The notes: generated by a model from the letters alone, not told the origin. Shown: positions 19,888 through 29,063, counted from the first letter of the stretch. The stretch is 64,000 nt of DNA from Candidatus Latescibacterota bacterium (GCA_963667175.2 CAXXXF010000002.1:256001-320000); one strand, 5' to 3'. Numbers and translations: made by a program.

Positions 19888-20751
19888 ATGATCAAGATAG
19901 TCAGTTGGAACATCGACAACCGAATGCAGCCGTGGTGCGAACTGGTGCGGATGGCGCAGGACGGCGAGGCCGACCTGGCGCTCCTGCAGGAAGCGGGTGG
20001 CCCGCCAGGCGACCTTGTACATCTGGTCGAATACGATGATGCGGTGTTTTGGAACCGCCAACTTTACGACCGATGGCCACTGGTCGTGAAGTTGTCCGAT
20101 CGAATAGCAGTCGAACATTACCGACAGGTGCCGCCGATCAGCGAACTTGGTATGAGCGACATTGGCGTGAGCGGTATCGGGACCATCGCCGCCGCGAGGG
20201 TGATCCCTTACGAAAGTGAAGATGAGGCCTTCGTCGCTGTCTCCATGTACGCGCGCTGGCTGAAGCCGCATCCGTCTACGGATAGCCCATGGAAAGTCGG
20301 TTACTCGGATGCGTCGGCACATCGAGTTATTTCGGACCTATCGGCTTTCATCGGTCACACCAACCCGTCCAGACACAGGATTCTGGCGGCAGGCGACCTG
20401 AACATGTTTTACGGGGCAACCGGCACGAGACTGTCACTGCCGGAACGTGAGCGCACGGTCTGGGATCGAATGAAATCGCTCGGACTGGAATTTTTGGGAC
20501 CGCAGGTTCCTTGCGGACGACCCGCACCGACTGCGCCGGACGACGTACCTTGCGATACGAAGAATGTACCGACGTACTACAAGGTTGGAGAATGCCCGGA
20601 AAAGGCGACGAATCAATTGGACTACGCATTTGCGTCGCACGGCTTCCACGAAAGGGTTTCAGTACGGGCGATGAACGAGATTTGCGAATGGGGATGCAGC
20701 GACCACTGCAGGCTGATCATTGAGGTAAAGACGAACGCCGATAGCGCCTGA
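19888..20751 (+). CDS. Endonuclease/exonuclease/phosphatase (EEP) family protein
   Basis: SWNI, DLALLQE, AGDLN, LDYAF, SDH. Confidence 0.85.
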   Translation: MIKIVSWNIDNRMQPWCELVRMAQDGEADLALLQEAGGPPGDLVHLVEYDDAVFWNRQLYDRWPLVVKLSDRIAVEHYRQVPPISELGMSDIGVSGIGTIAAARVIPYESEDEAFVAVSMYARWLKPHPSTDSPWKVGYSDASAHRVISDLSAFIGHTNPSRHRILAAGDLNMFYGATGTRLSLPERERTVWDRMKSLGLEFLGPQVPCGRPAPTAPDDVPCDTKNVPTYYKVGECPEKATNQLDYAFASHGFHERVSVRAMNEICEWGCSDHCRLIIEVKTNADSA

Positions 20752-20776
20752 CAGAGTTGCGCCACGAGGTGAAACC

Positions 20777-21316
20777 ATGGAACGAGAGGACATAATCGAA
20801 CGTCGCCGAAGCCTTCAAGTTCCGGACGAATTTCAGGATGAATGGATGACATTAGCCGACGTCGGGTTCGACGGTGAGTGGGTATCGCCAATTCAGAAGA
20901 TATCGAACAGCATGAGGGGTCCGGTACTCGTAGCAAAGCACTGGCTCGACGCCGAATCCGTGGATCTGAATCGGGAAGTCCTCGAATGCTTGGGATATTT
21001 GCCTGGCAACCGATTCAATCAGTCTCTTAATCGGGCCCTGGCAAATGTCGGGAAAGCACGTGGGGACGTCTACATTACACAGGCGTGCCACTTCCTACCG
21101 AAGGACGACAAGCGGAAGCGAGTGCCGGCCGAATTGATGAAACTTTCCGTGAAGGAGGTGACCCGCTATGAAGTTGAGGGTCGAAGGGTCATTGCGTTGG
21201 GTGGTGAGGCTCAGTTGGCCCTGGAGCGTTTCGGTATTGATTTTCTGCCGTGCGCGCATCCGAGTTCATCGGTCACTGGACGATTCGAGGAATTGGCAGA
21301 TGCGATTCGAGATTAG
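20777..21316 (+). CDS. UDG-superfamily protein (paralog of 14999)
   Basis: Colinear and highly similar to 14999-15562. Confidence 0.7.
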   Translation: MEREDIIERRRSLQVPDEFQDEWMTLADVGFDGEWVSPIQKISNSMRGPVLVAKHWLDAESVDLNREVLECLGYLPGNRFNQSLNRALANVGKARGDVYITQACHFLPKDDKRKRVPAELMKLSVKEVTRYEVEGRRVIALGGEAQLALERFGIDFLPCAHPSSSVTGRFEELADAIRD

Positions 21317-21341
21317 GCGCCGTTCGTGGGCTCTATCCCAA

Positions 21342-21451
21342 ATCTCCTCTCGCTTCAGCGGTGGGAACGGATTGAAACGCGTCGCGCCGCTCGCAGATGG
21401 AGTGGATGGCGGCGCCCAGCGAGAGCCTTCCATCAGAACAAGGATTGAGAC
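21342..21451 (+). CRISPR. Hybrid unit: repeat B, 36-nt spacer, repeat C
   Basis: B at 21342-21378 (37 nt), spacer 21379-21414, C CCCAGCGAGAGCCTTCCATCAGAACAAGGATTGAGAC at 21415-21451. Confidence 0.8.
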
Positions 21452-21456
21452 TGCTT

Positions 21457-21633
21457 ATGCCGCAAGATATCCGAAATCGACAGGAACCGGCCGCCTTCCA
21501 GGTCTGGCATCCGGATGGGACGCCCTTTTCCGATGATGACTATCGAAAGGCCGGAATGCCTGTACCAACCCCCGAGCAGATCGCTCACTGGGCTGAGATG
21601 GACCGAAGTTTCGCCGATCCGGATACTGACTGA
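21457..21633 (+). CDS. Repeat-C-linked microprotein (58 aa), copy 1
   Basis: MPQDIRNRQEPAAFQVWHPDGTP...YRKAG..PTPEQIAHWAEMD; three standalone copies plus one fused domain. Confidence 0.7.
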   Translation: MPQDIRNRQEPAAFQVWHPDGTPFSDDDYRKAGMPVPTPEQIAHWAEMDRSFADPDTD

Positions 21634-21653
21634 GGCTTGATCGGATACATCCG

Positions 21654-21689
21654 CCCAGAGAAATCGTCCATCAAAGAATGGATTGAAGC
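21654..21689 (+). CRISPR. Degenerate repeat C
   Basis: CCCAGAGAAATCGTCCATCAAAGAATGGATTGAAGC. Confidence 0.55.
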
Positions 21690-22522
21690 TGCCCAACGGG
21701 CTGCGTCCGGACGGAGGACCTGAACTTGTGACTGGCGCCAACTACGACACTCCCTGGTGGCCGCTTATATACGACCAGTGGAACGAGCGGGGCGATAGGC
21801 AGCAGACGCACCAGCGCGAGTTCCAATTCTACAGCATGCAGCTCACCGGAGAGGCGGGTCCGATCCTCGAAACGGCTTGCGGCACTGGTTCGATTCTGCT
21901 TCGCCTTTGGCGCCACGGCGTTGACATAAGGGGTTTCGATTGCGCCGCAGGGATGCTGGCCGTTCTGCGGCGCAAGGCAGCGGCTCTGGGGCTGGGCGAT
22001 ATCGACCGCCGCGTTGGCTGTCAAGACCTCGTTGACTTCTGCTACGACCAGTCCTTTGCAGCCATTCTGATTCCGGCCAGTTCGTTCATGCTCTTACCCA
22101 CACAGTCGGCCCAAATCACCTGTCTCGAACGCATTCGCGCGCATATGGCACCTGGCGGGCGGCTACTGATGAATTTCTACATCCCGTCGCTTGCCGACGA
22201 CCTGCTTGCCCACATCGCCCCGTCCCCGTCGCTGGAAACATTCGGCGAATTCATCCACCCCCAAACAGGCCGCCAAATCAGCGTCCGCTTCAAAAAGATC
22301 GTCGATCTGGGCGAGCAGACTGAGCACTACGAGTGGTTTTTTCTCTACGACGGAGAAACTGCAGCCGTGCCCATGACTGCGCGGTGGATCTACAAAGAAG
22401 AATTTCAGCTATTGCTGCGTCTGGCAGGATTTAGCCGCTGGCGGCTTTCTGGCACCCACGACGGCCAGCCGTACACAGGTTCAAAGGAGATTGGGACGAC
22501 GTACTGGGTCGTCGAACGCTGA
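21683..22522 (+). CDS. Class I SAM-dependent methyltransferase
   Basis: ILETACGTGS motif I; the true start may be GTG at 21728. Confidence 0.88.
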   Translation: MKLPNGLRPDGGPELVTGANYDTPWWPLIYDQWNERGDRQQTHQREFQFYSMQLTGEAGPILETACGTGSILLRLWRHGVDIRGFDCAAGMLAVLRRKAAALGLGDIDRRVGCQDLVDFCYDQSFAAILIPASSFMLLPTQSAQITCLERIRAHMAPGGRLLMNFYIPSLADDLLAHIAPSPSLETFGEFIHPQTGRQISVRFKKIVDLGEQTEHYEWFFLYDGETAAVPMTARWIYKEEFQLLLRLAGFSRWRLSGTHDGQPYTGSKEIGTTYWVVER

Positions 22523-22851
22523 GCGGATCAGTACCTGCAAACGGTGGTGACCGTTTGGTAAGCTGGTTAGGGTCTGCCAGCACCGTTGGTTGAAAGACGA
22601 TAGGTATTGTTCGCTACTGCATCAGGGGATACTTCAAGGCGATTCAGTTCGCCACGGCGAGACACAATCGACTGGGTTCCCTGCCTGGCCAATGCGTGAT
22701 GGCGACCCGCCGGAAATCTGGTTTCAGCTGGACAAAGGACGACCTCTCCAACATGATCGACAAGACTTTGAAGTGGGACGTGGATTGAAGCTGCTGCGGG
22801 GTTTATCCCAGGGGACGGACTGTATCACGCGACACAGGAGGAGATGACCCA

Positions 22852-23538
22852 ATGTGCGGTCGATTTACCCAGATGATGTCCTGGGGTGAGCTCCATTGGC
22901 TTTACAGCCTGTCCGAACACTCGGAATCGCTGGAGTTGCAATCCCGCTATAACGGCGCGCCGACCCAGGATTTCGCGGTCTGCCGCCTGGACGGAAACGG
23001 CAACCGGGAGATCGACAGGCTGCAATGGGGTCTGGTACCCGCGTGGTCCAAAGACGTCAGAATCGGCGCCCGCATGATCAACGCACGGGCCGAAAGCGTA
23101 CACGAGAAACCGGCATTCGGCGCCGCCTTTCGGGCGCGCCGGTGCCTGGTGCCGGCCGACGGGTGGTTCGAGTGGCAAGCAGCAGGGAGCGCCAGACAGC
23201 CCTACTTCCTGGCGCTCGCGGACGGGTCGACGCTGTCGTTCGCCGCGCTGTGGGAACGCTGGGATAGAGGCGGCGCCGCCCTGGAGTCATTTACCATCAT
23301 CACCACGGCCGCCGACGAAGCGCTTTCCAACGTCTACCATCGCCAGCCTGCCGTCATCAATCCCGAACACTTCTCCGTCTGGCTCGACAACGAATCATCC
23401 GCGGCGACGTTGCTGGATCTGGTTCGCTATCCTCGCGCGGGACCGTACGAAATACGCGCCATCGGCGCTCGCGTAAACAATGTCCGAAACGACGATCCGG
23501 ACGTTCTCCTGCCCACGTCCCAGCAGCGCCTGTTCTAA
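22852..23538 (+). CDS. SRAP/HMCES/YedK abasic-site protein
   Basis: MCGRF catalytic N-terminus, INARAES, RCLVPADGWFEW, HHRQP. Confidence 0.95.
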   Translation: MCGRFTQMMSWGELHWLYSLSEHSESLELQSRYNGAPTQDFAVCRLDGNGNREIDRLQWGLVPAWSKDVRIGARMINARAESVHEKPAFGAAFRARRCLVPADGWFEWQAAGSARQPYFLALADGSTLSFAALWERWDRGGAALESFTIITTAADEALSNVYHRQPAVINPEHFSVWLDNESSAATLLDLVRYPRAGPYEIRAIGARVNNVRNDDPDVLLPTSQQRLF

Positions 23539-23546
23539 GTCCACAC

Positions 23547-23637
23547 GGGAGAGCGGATTGAAACGACAAAACACCAGTGCCGGTGGTCAGTGACCCGTGG
23601 CCCAGTGAGAGTCTTCCATCAGAAAAAGGATTGAGAC
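23547..23637 (+). CRISPR. Hybrid unit: repeat-B 3' half, 36-nt spacer, repeat C
   Basis: GGGAGAGCGGATTGAAAC, spacer 23565-23600, then CCCAGTGAGAGTCTTCCATCAGAAAAAGGATTGAGAC. Confidence 0.75.
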
Positions 23638-23642
23638 TGCCT

Positions 23643-23837
23643 ATGCCGCAAGATATCAGAAATCGCCAGGAGCCCGCCGCCTTCCAGTGCTGGCATCCGG
23701 ACGGTACCCCTTACTCGCCGGCAGACTATCGAAAGGCCGGGATGCCTGTCCCGACCCCCGAGCAGATCGCCCACTGGGCTGAGATGGACCGAATATTCGC
23801 CGATCCGGTGAGAATTGTCAATCAGAACAAGAAGTGA
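23643..23837 (+). CDS. Repeat-C-linked microprotein, copy 2
   Basis: Near-identical to 21457; the stop codon lies inside the downstream degenerate repeat C. Confidence 0.7.
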   Translation: MPQDIRNRQEPAAFQCWHPDGTPYSPADYRKAGMPVPTPEQIAHWAEMDRIFADPVRIVNQNKK

Positions 23838-23912
23838 AACAGCGAATCCGTCCCAATCCTCGCCTGGACGATCGATGTCTCCCCTCGCTTCGGCCGGGGA
23901 GCGGATTGAAAC
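23804..23912 (+). CRISPR. Hybrid unit: degenerate repeat C, 36-nt spacer, repeat B
   Basis: TCCGGTGAGAATTGTCAATCAGAACAAGAAGTGAAAC, spacer 23841-23876, then GTCTCCCCTCGCTTCGGCCGGGGAGCGGATTGAAAC. Confidence 0.7.
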
Positions 23913-23991
23913 GTCGCCGCAATGTCCCCGCGCCCTTGTGAAAAGGCGAAGTCGACGGGGCGGTACGTGGCGCCAATGGAGGTGAATAACA

Positions 23992-25257
23992 ATGCTATTC
24001 AGACTTACTCGAGATGGAGATAAGAACGGTTTTCAGCCATATGTCGAAACGTCAGCATCAGACTTGCAACTCACCGAAAAGAACCTGGAAACCTGGATGG
24101 CGCTGCACCCTGAGTTGCTTTTTGGAAGCGAGCAAGTCCTTGTGATCAGCCAGTCAGTCGCAGGTCAGAGCATGGGCGACATTCTGGCGTTAGACGCCGA
24201 TGGATGTTTAGTGATCGTCGAGATTAAGCGGGACTGGTCCGATAGAGCGACGGTTGGCCAAATCCTGGAATATGCGGCCGAAATGACCGGGAAATGTTAT
24301 GAGGACCTGGAGAAACTGCATCACAGCTACTGGATCAAACAACACTCGAATTGTAATTATGCATCCTTGCTGACGCGGTTTCAAACCCTGACCGACAACC
24401 ACGAATGTGATGAGGACGATATTCCGAGACGTCAAAAAGGTCATCGAATTCTAGTCGTCGCACCGGCTGCTGACGAGGGCCTGATGAGGATTGTAGAGTG
24501 GCTTAGAGAGTATGGTGTGCCGATCAGCTTTGTGCCTTTCACGATCCATGCAGATACGGAAAGCAAAGACATCTTGCTGGAGCTAGAGCCGCTCCCCGAG
24601 GCTCAGTCGTTCGGAGAAATGGTAGACAGTCAGGAATGGCGTGGAGATTGGATCTTTAATACGAACGAAACTTACGCCCCAGGCGCATACCGAAAGATGT
24701 TTGATCAACGCGTAATTGCTATCCACGGATATGAGAGCGGTCCAGCCAATCTGACAGGTAGTGCCGAAGGGCAGCGGGTATTCGCTTATGTAAATCGCAA
24801 AGGTGTCCTGGCGGTGGGTCGTATCGTTAACGGCCAACCGGTTTCGGGGACAACCGTGTTTGGCGAGGAACGCGAGTTCCATGTGAAGGTCGTCTGGGAG
24901 ACAATCGTGGACGATGACAGGGGAATGACATTACGGGACGTCAGCGAAGAAAAAGGTTACAATCTCCCTGTTCGATGTGTCTTTGCTCGCATGAATCGTC
25001 CCGATGCCGCCGATTGGATCGCCGACGAACTGCAAAGCAGGATGGATAAACGTAATCCTGGACGTAGAGGCTCAAGATTCTCAGACCCTATCGTCGGCCG
25101 CGCCTGGCATGCCGACGGCACGCCTTTTGGTGAGGAAGACTACAGGAGAGCGGGCTTGTATGTCCCCACCGAGGAACAATTGGCCGCGTGGGAGAAGGCG
25201 GATGCCGAACGCGACGCGCTACCGCCCGGTGAGAATCTACCGCCAGAACAGGAATGA
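23992..25257 (+). CDS. NucS/EndoMS-like PD-(D/E)xK nuclease with a putative PUA/EVE-like domain and a C-terminal microprotein domain
   Basis: EKNLETW, DILALD..LVIVEIKR..VGQILEYA; FAYVNRKGVLAVGRI; C-terminal WHADGTP..DYRRAG..PTEEQLAAW. Confidence 0.75.
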   Translation: MLFRLTRDGDKNGFQPYVETSASDLQLTEKNLETWMALHPELLFGSEQVLVISQSVAGQSMGDILALDADGCLVIVEIKRDWSDRATVGQILEYAAEMTGKCYEDLEKLHHSYWIKQHSNCNYASLLTRFQTLTDNHECDEDDIPRRQKGHRILVVAPAADEGLMRIVEWLREYGVPISFVPFTIHADTESKDILLELEPLPEAQSFGEMVDSQEWRGDWIFNTNETYAPGAYRKMFDQRVIAIHGYESGPANLTGSAEGQRVFAYVNRKGVLAVGRIVNGQPVSGTTVFGEEREFHVKVVWETIVDDDRGMTLRDVSEEKGYNLPVRCVFARMNRPDAADWIADELQSRMDKRNPGRRGSRFSDPIVGRAWHADGTPFGEEDYRRAGLYVPTEEQLAAWEKADAERDALPPGENLPPEQE

Positions 25258-25260
25258 AGC
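25225..25260 (+). CRISPR. Degenerate repeat C overlapping the nuclease stop codon
   Basis: CCCGGTGAGAATCTACCGCCAGAACAGGAATGAAGC. Confidence 0.55.
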
Positions 25261-25404
25261 AGCAGTGGTCGGTGGTCCGTGTCAGTGACCAGTCCGAAAG
25301 CCGGATGATGTACGGGAAGGTGCATGCGCGCCTGCGGATGCCGGCTTCCAGCTCAATTCCGTGGGTCTTCAAAGCCGAAATGAATCCGGGGAGGCAGGGA
25401 AACC

Positions 25405-26277
25405 ATGAAAATCGTTTTCAGTCGCAAGGGATTCGACTCGACCCGCAGGAGATCTGAATCGCCGAACGGCGGCGTGCCCAGTCCCATCTTTCCGGACGGC
25501 GCCGCCCTGTCCCTGCCAATTCCGCAACACGGAAGTCGGACGCGCTACGGGGACGTACAGTGGCGCGGCGAGTCGATCGGTCCGATTGTGGAGTGCTTGA
25601 CTGAGGGTCGAGTGAAGCAAGGTGATTGTTGCCATCTCGACCCCGATCTGAACGCCGATGCCCTTGCGCGCTTGCCCGGATGGCGGCCGGCCTTCGGGCA
25701 GTCACAGGCCGCTCAGAGCCATCTGAAAAACGAGGGTGTCGAACCCGGGGACCTCTTTCTGTTCTTCGGCTGGTTCCGCGCCGTGGAACCCGGCAAAGGA
25801 GGCATGTGGCGGTACGTTTCAGACGCCCGGGACGTACACAGGCTGTTCGGTTGGCTCCAGGTTTCCGAGGTCGTGCCCGTCGGGGCGGATCTCGCCCGCG
25901 CCCGGTCCGAGCGGCCGTGGCTATCCAGGCATCCGCATCTGAATAGGGATAGGGACAACAACACGATCTACATCGCAAGGGAGAAACTTGACGTCGAGGG
26001 CGTGACTGCGCGGAGCGACGCAGGCCTGTTTTCCGGCAACGGCGACCGATTCACACTGACGGCGCCGGGTTCCAGGACCCGCTCCAATTGGCGGTTGCCT
26101 TGGTGGTTCTATCCCTCAAACGGTCGTCCAACGCTCAGCTACCACGGCAATGGGGATCGCTGGCAGCACGCGAAACCGTGGGTATACCTGGACACGGTCG
26201 GCATCGGGCAGGAGTTCGTGTTCGACGCCGGCGGGATCCCGGAAGCAAACGTCTGGTTGCGAGAACTGTTCAGGTGA
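25405..26277 (+). CDS. Nmad3-like protein
   Basis: MKIVFSRKGFDS, CHLDPD, GDLFLFFGWF, GQEFV. Confidence 0.75.
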   Translation: MKIVFSRKGFDSTRRRSESPNGGVPSPIFPDGAALSLPIPQHGSRTRYGDVQWRGESIGPIVECLTEGRVKQGDCCHLDPDLNADALARLPGWRPAFGQSQAAQSHLKNEGVEPGDLFLFFGWFRAVEPGKGGMWRYVSDARDVHRLFGWLQVSEVVPVGADLARARSERPWLSRHPHLNRDRDNNTIYIAREKLDVEGVTARSDAGLFSGNGDRFTLTAPGSRTRSNWRLPWWFYPSNGRPTLSYHGNGDRWQHAKPWVYLDTVGIGQEFVFDAGGIPEANVWLRELFR

Positions 26278-26588
26278 AGGGTTGTGCCGAGTATCGGCAG
26301 ACGGAACAGAAAGGCATCGCTGGAAATCTCGGCGGGAGAACAGATATGCGGCGAAGCAACGAAAAGCGCAATCGTCTTGCTGCACTCGCCCGCCATCTCC
26401 GGGACAATGTTCCATCCGGATTCCGGGGGGCGGCGACTATCATTCGGGCGTTTATGAATGCGGATTCGTATCGCCGTATACAAAGTTGGCAGGCAATCTA
26501 CACGCATGTGTCGCAAATTGCGACACATGCCAGCACCTGCGTCGTTCGTTGGCGCATTCGCTGCCAACAAACAGGCCGCACGGTACCC

Positions 26589-26616
26589 GTAGGGGCGACC
26601 GGCCGGTCGCCCCTAC
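26589..26616. repeat. GTAG-type REP palindrome; related copies near 19036, 27512, 30201, 32648, 36591 and 37527
   Basis: GTAGGGGCGACCGGCCGGTCGCCCCTAC. Confidence 0.8.
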
Positions 26617-26721
26617 GCTGCCAGAGGCTCGATGGAAAGCCTAAATCCGATCCGCCGGAGGACCTCAGGCGTGAGGTCGCGGCCGGCATGATCGCGGCAG
26701 GGGAGATGTTTGAATCGAAAT

Positions 26722-27054
26722 CTATGTAAGGTTCAGCCAACTTTGCAGAGAAGCGATCAAAGTCGTCTGATCATTTTGCGCGAGGGATCCGATTTTCTTG
26801 AAAATCAGCTTCTGATGAATCGTATAGATGCCTCGTTTGACGGCAGACGCAACGTTGAGTCCCGATTCCGTCCACTTGTCGAGCACGAACTCGCCAGGTA
26901 ATAGATCTGTTATTCTGCTGGTTAGCGGAACAATGAAAACATCCTGAGAAACATGGAGCGTGCTCACAATGATGGCCGGACGCACTTTGGAATCCTGCAA
27001 GTCAACAAACGGATATCGGACGAGTACGACGTCATTCTCCAAGTAAACGGACAT
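26722..27054 (-). CDS. PemK/MazF-family toxin
   Basis: DVVLVRYPF.D...KVRPAIIVS..VPLTS. Confidence 0.88.
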   Translation of the reverse strand: MSVYLENDVVLVRYPFVDLQDSKVRPAIIVSTLHVSQDVFIVPLTSRITDLLPGEFVLDKWTESGLNVASAVKRGIYTIHQKLIFKKIGSLAQNDQTTLIASLQSWLNLT

Positions 27055-27232
27055 ATACATCGTCCTCATTATTGTCCCAAACTTGCTTCAGGGCATCCTG
27101 GCTGGCTTCGTGCCAGAACGAATCATCATCGGGCAAAATCGTAACCAATACTCTTTTCCCTTCGGGCAACGCAATGCGTTCGAGGGTTTCAATTTTTCCA
27201 TCTTTCACGATCCCCATTGCGGTGCTGAGCAT
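27032..27232 (-). CDS. Putative cognate antitoxin
   Basis: Small acidic ORF overlapping the toxin start; GKIETLERIALPEG..VWDNNEDDVY. Confidence 0.7.
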   Translation of the reverse strand: MLSTAMGIVKDGKIETLERIALPEGKRVLVTILPDDDSFWHEASQDALKQVWDNNEDDVYVRLLGE

Positions 27233-27535
27233 GAACAACTCCTTTTCGATTCTTCACGTGCCTATTCCGGTACCAATATGCTCTTGACGTTGTAGCGGTA
27301 GCTATTGATGCTCTGGGCAGCTATCGACCGGTCCTTCAGTCCGTCGAACAAGATATAGCCAACATTCCGGCGAAAAGCAACTGCTTTGACACGACAATGC
27401 GTGCAAAACCAAAATCTCCTCGGCGCATGAAGTACTTCACGGTAGAAATCGTTGTGGTTGCCTGAAAGTTTACGTACCGCGCGTGAATCGGACTGGCGCC
27501 CGCGGCGCCGGTCCGGCGCGAACGGCCGGTCGCCC

Positions 27536-27846
27536 CTACTGCTCTGCCAGGGGCTCGATGGAAAGCCTGAATCCGAGGCTGTTCAGGATCTTCTCCATCG
27601 TGTCAAGGCGAGGATTTCCGTCTCCCGAGAGCGTCCTGTACAGGTGAGCCCGGTTTAGATTCGCCTGCCGCGCCAACTTTCCCAGCCCGCCTCTTGCCGT
27701 CGCAACGTCCTTCAGAGCCAGCAGAAGGACGGTTCGATCCCTGTCTCTGGCGTATTCCTCCAGCGCGACCTCGAGGTAGGCGCGAGCGCGGTCCGGATCA
27801 CTGAGGAATTCGAAATGGTGTTTTTCGAACGATACGGAGGCTTCAT
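27536..27846 (-). pseudogene. Addiction-module antidote (HTH, HI1420-like), frameshifted near the start
   Basis: 1-nt deletion after codon 3 relative to the copy at 32672-32983. Confidence 0.65.
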
Positions 27847-28011
27847 CAGGAACGCTCCTTCTGTAGACTTCGGGAGCTTGTTGGCGCACTTGGCAGGAGG
27901 ACTTGCGCCGTCACCCGAAACCAACGCGACGGAATCGTCGCGATACATCCTTTCCGGATCGCCAGGTGTGTGTCGGCAACCTGCGTATCTAAAGGCCTCG
28001 CACGCGGAAAA

Positions 28012-28335
28012 CTACGACGCGAACGTCTCCTTCCGCACAGAGAGGATCTGCGGCGCCGCCCTGTCGCTAATCTTTCCAGGGCGACGGACCAGGCGTGATT
28101 TGTCAACGGTGCGTACCTGATCGAGTACGATCTGTCCGACTTTTCTCTGAAAACGCAAGGGGACGCGGGTGGGATACGTGCAACCTTTTGTCGTCATCGG
28201 GGCAACGATGGCGGTTTCTATGTGCCGGTTCATCTCATCCGGCGATATTACGACACAAGGGCGCGTTTTTTGAATCTCGCGCCCTTGTGTAGGATCGAGC
28301 CGCACCAGGTAGACGTCGAAACGTGCAACTACCAT
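28012..28335 (-). CDS. mazF: MazF/PemK toxin
   Basis: FDVYLVRLDPTQGREIQKTRPCVVISPDEMN. Confidence 0.92.
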   Translation of the reverse strand: MVVARFDVYLVRLDPTQGREIQKTRPCVVISPDEMNRHIETAIVAPMTTKGCTYPTRVPLRFQRKVGQIVLDQVRTVDKSRLVRRPGKISDRAAPQILSVRKETFAS

Positions 28336-28583
28336 TCCCACTCCGTGTTGTCCCACTCGGTAGCTGCCTGAGACTGGTCGTCGATGAGTGTGTCGTCCTG
28401 CTGTTTGCCCATGTTGCGAAAGGCGTCGTCCCATCCGCACCGAGGTTGGGTCGGTGGGCGAATAATCAAATGGTCGCCGTGGTGTTCGAGTTCCACGACG
28501 TCCTGAAGGTGACACTGTTCCAGGAACGCCCGGGGGATGCGGATGCCGCGCGAATTTCCGATTTGAACGAGAGCGGTTTTCAC
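28329..28583 (-). CDS. mazE: AbrB/MazE antitoxin
   Basis: VQIGNSRGIRIP; overlaps the toxin start. Confidence 0.9.
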   Translation of the reverse strand: MKTALVQIGNSRGIRIPRAFLEQCHLQDVVELEHHGDHLIIRPPTQPRCGWDDAFRNMGKQQDDTLIDDQSQAATEWDNTEWEW

Positions 28584-28784
28584 CGGAAGCCTCCGTTTGG
28601 TTATATTCCCTGCAATATAACTACCAGTTTTGATTCGCGTTGTCAACTGGTTCTCTCACCACACGTGCCTAAGTGTCACGGCGTCAAACGGGTTGGCTGA
28701 ATCTGTACGCTTGTCTTTCACCCCGATGGTACCGTGCGCCTGCGACGAGATTGTCGGGGTCGCCAAAGGCAGAGCTTACCAGGA

Positions 28785-29063
28785 GCGGACGTCCTCTACG
28801 TCGGGGGCGGCAATACGCTGAAGATGATGCGCTGGCGTCCCGAGAAGGCACGACTTCCACGACATGATGAAGCGGAAGCCTGGGGACGGCCTGGCCATCG
28901 ACAACGACTGCGCGGTCGCGTTTGCATCCGACGGGTACCGGGTCATCGCCGCCAGTCCCGGGGCGGGAGCGTAATCCCTGCGCGTCGAGCATGGAGGCGT
29001 GATCGAACGCCGGCTTCCGGTTTCCGGTGCCTATCGGCCGATTGAGACGCTGTACGAGAGGTA
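28785..29063 (+). pseudogene. Internally deleted fragment of the peptidase E gene at 35359
   Basis: Matches about 35613-36108 with a deletion joined at TGGCGTC microhomology. Confidence 0.8.

Noticed and set aside
22775-22791. GGGACGTGGATTGAAGC upstream of SRAP
   Set aside because: Resembles a repeat 3' end but too short to annotate; consistent with, not evidence for, the cassette model
22590-22847. 85-aa ORF before SRAP
   Set aside because: No clear SD or recognisable motif
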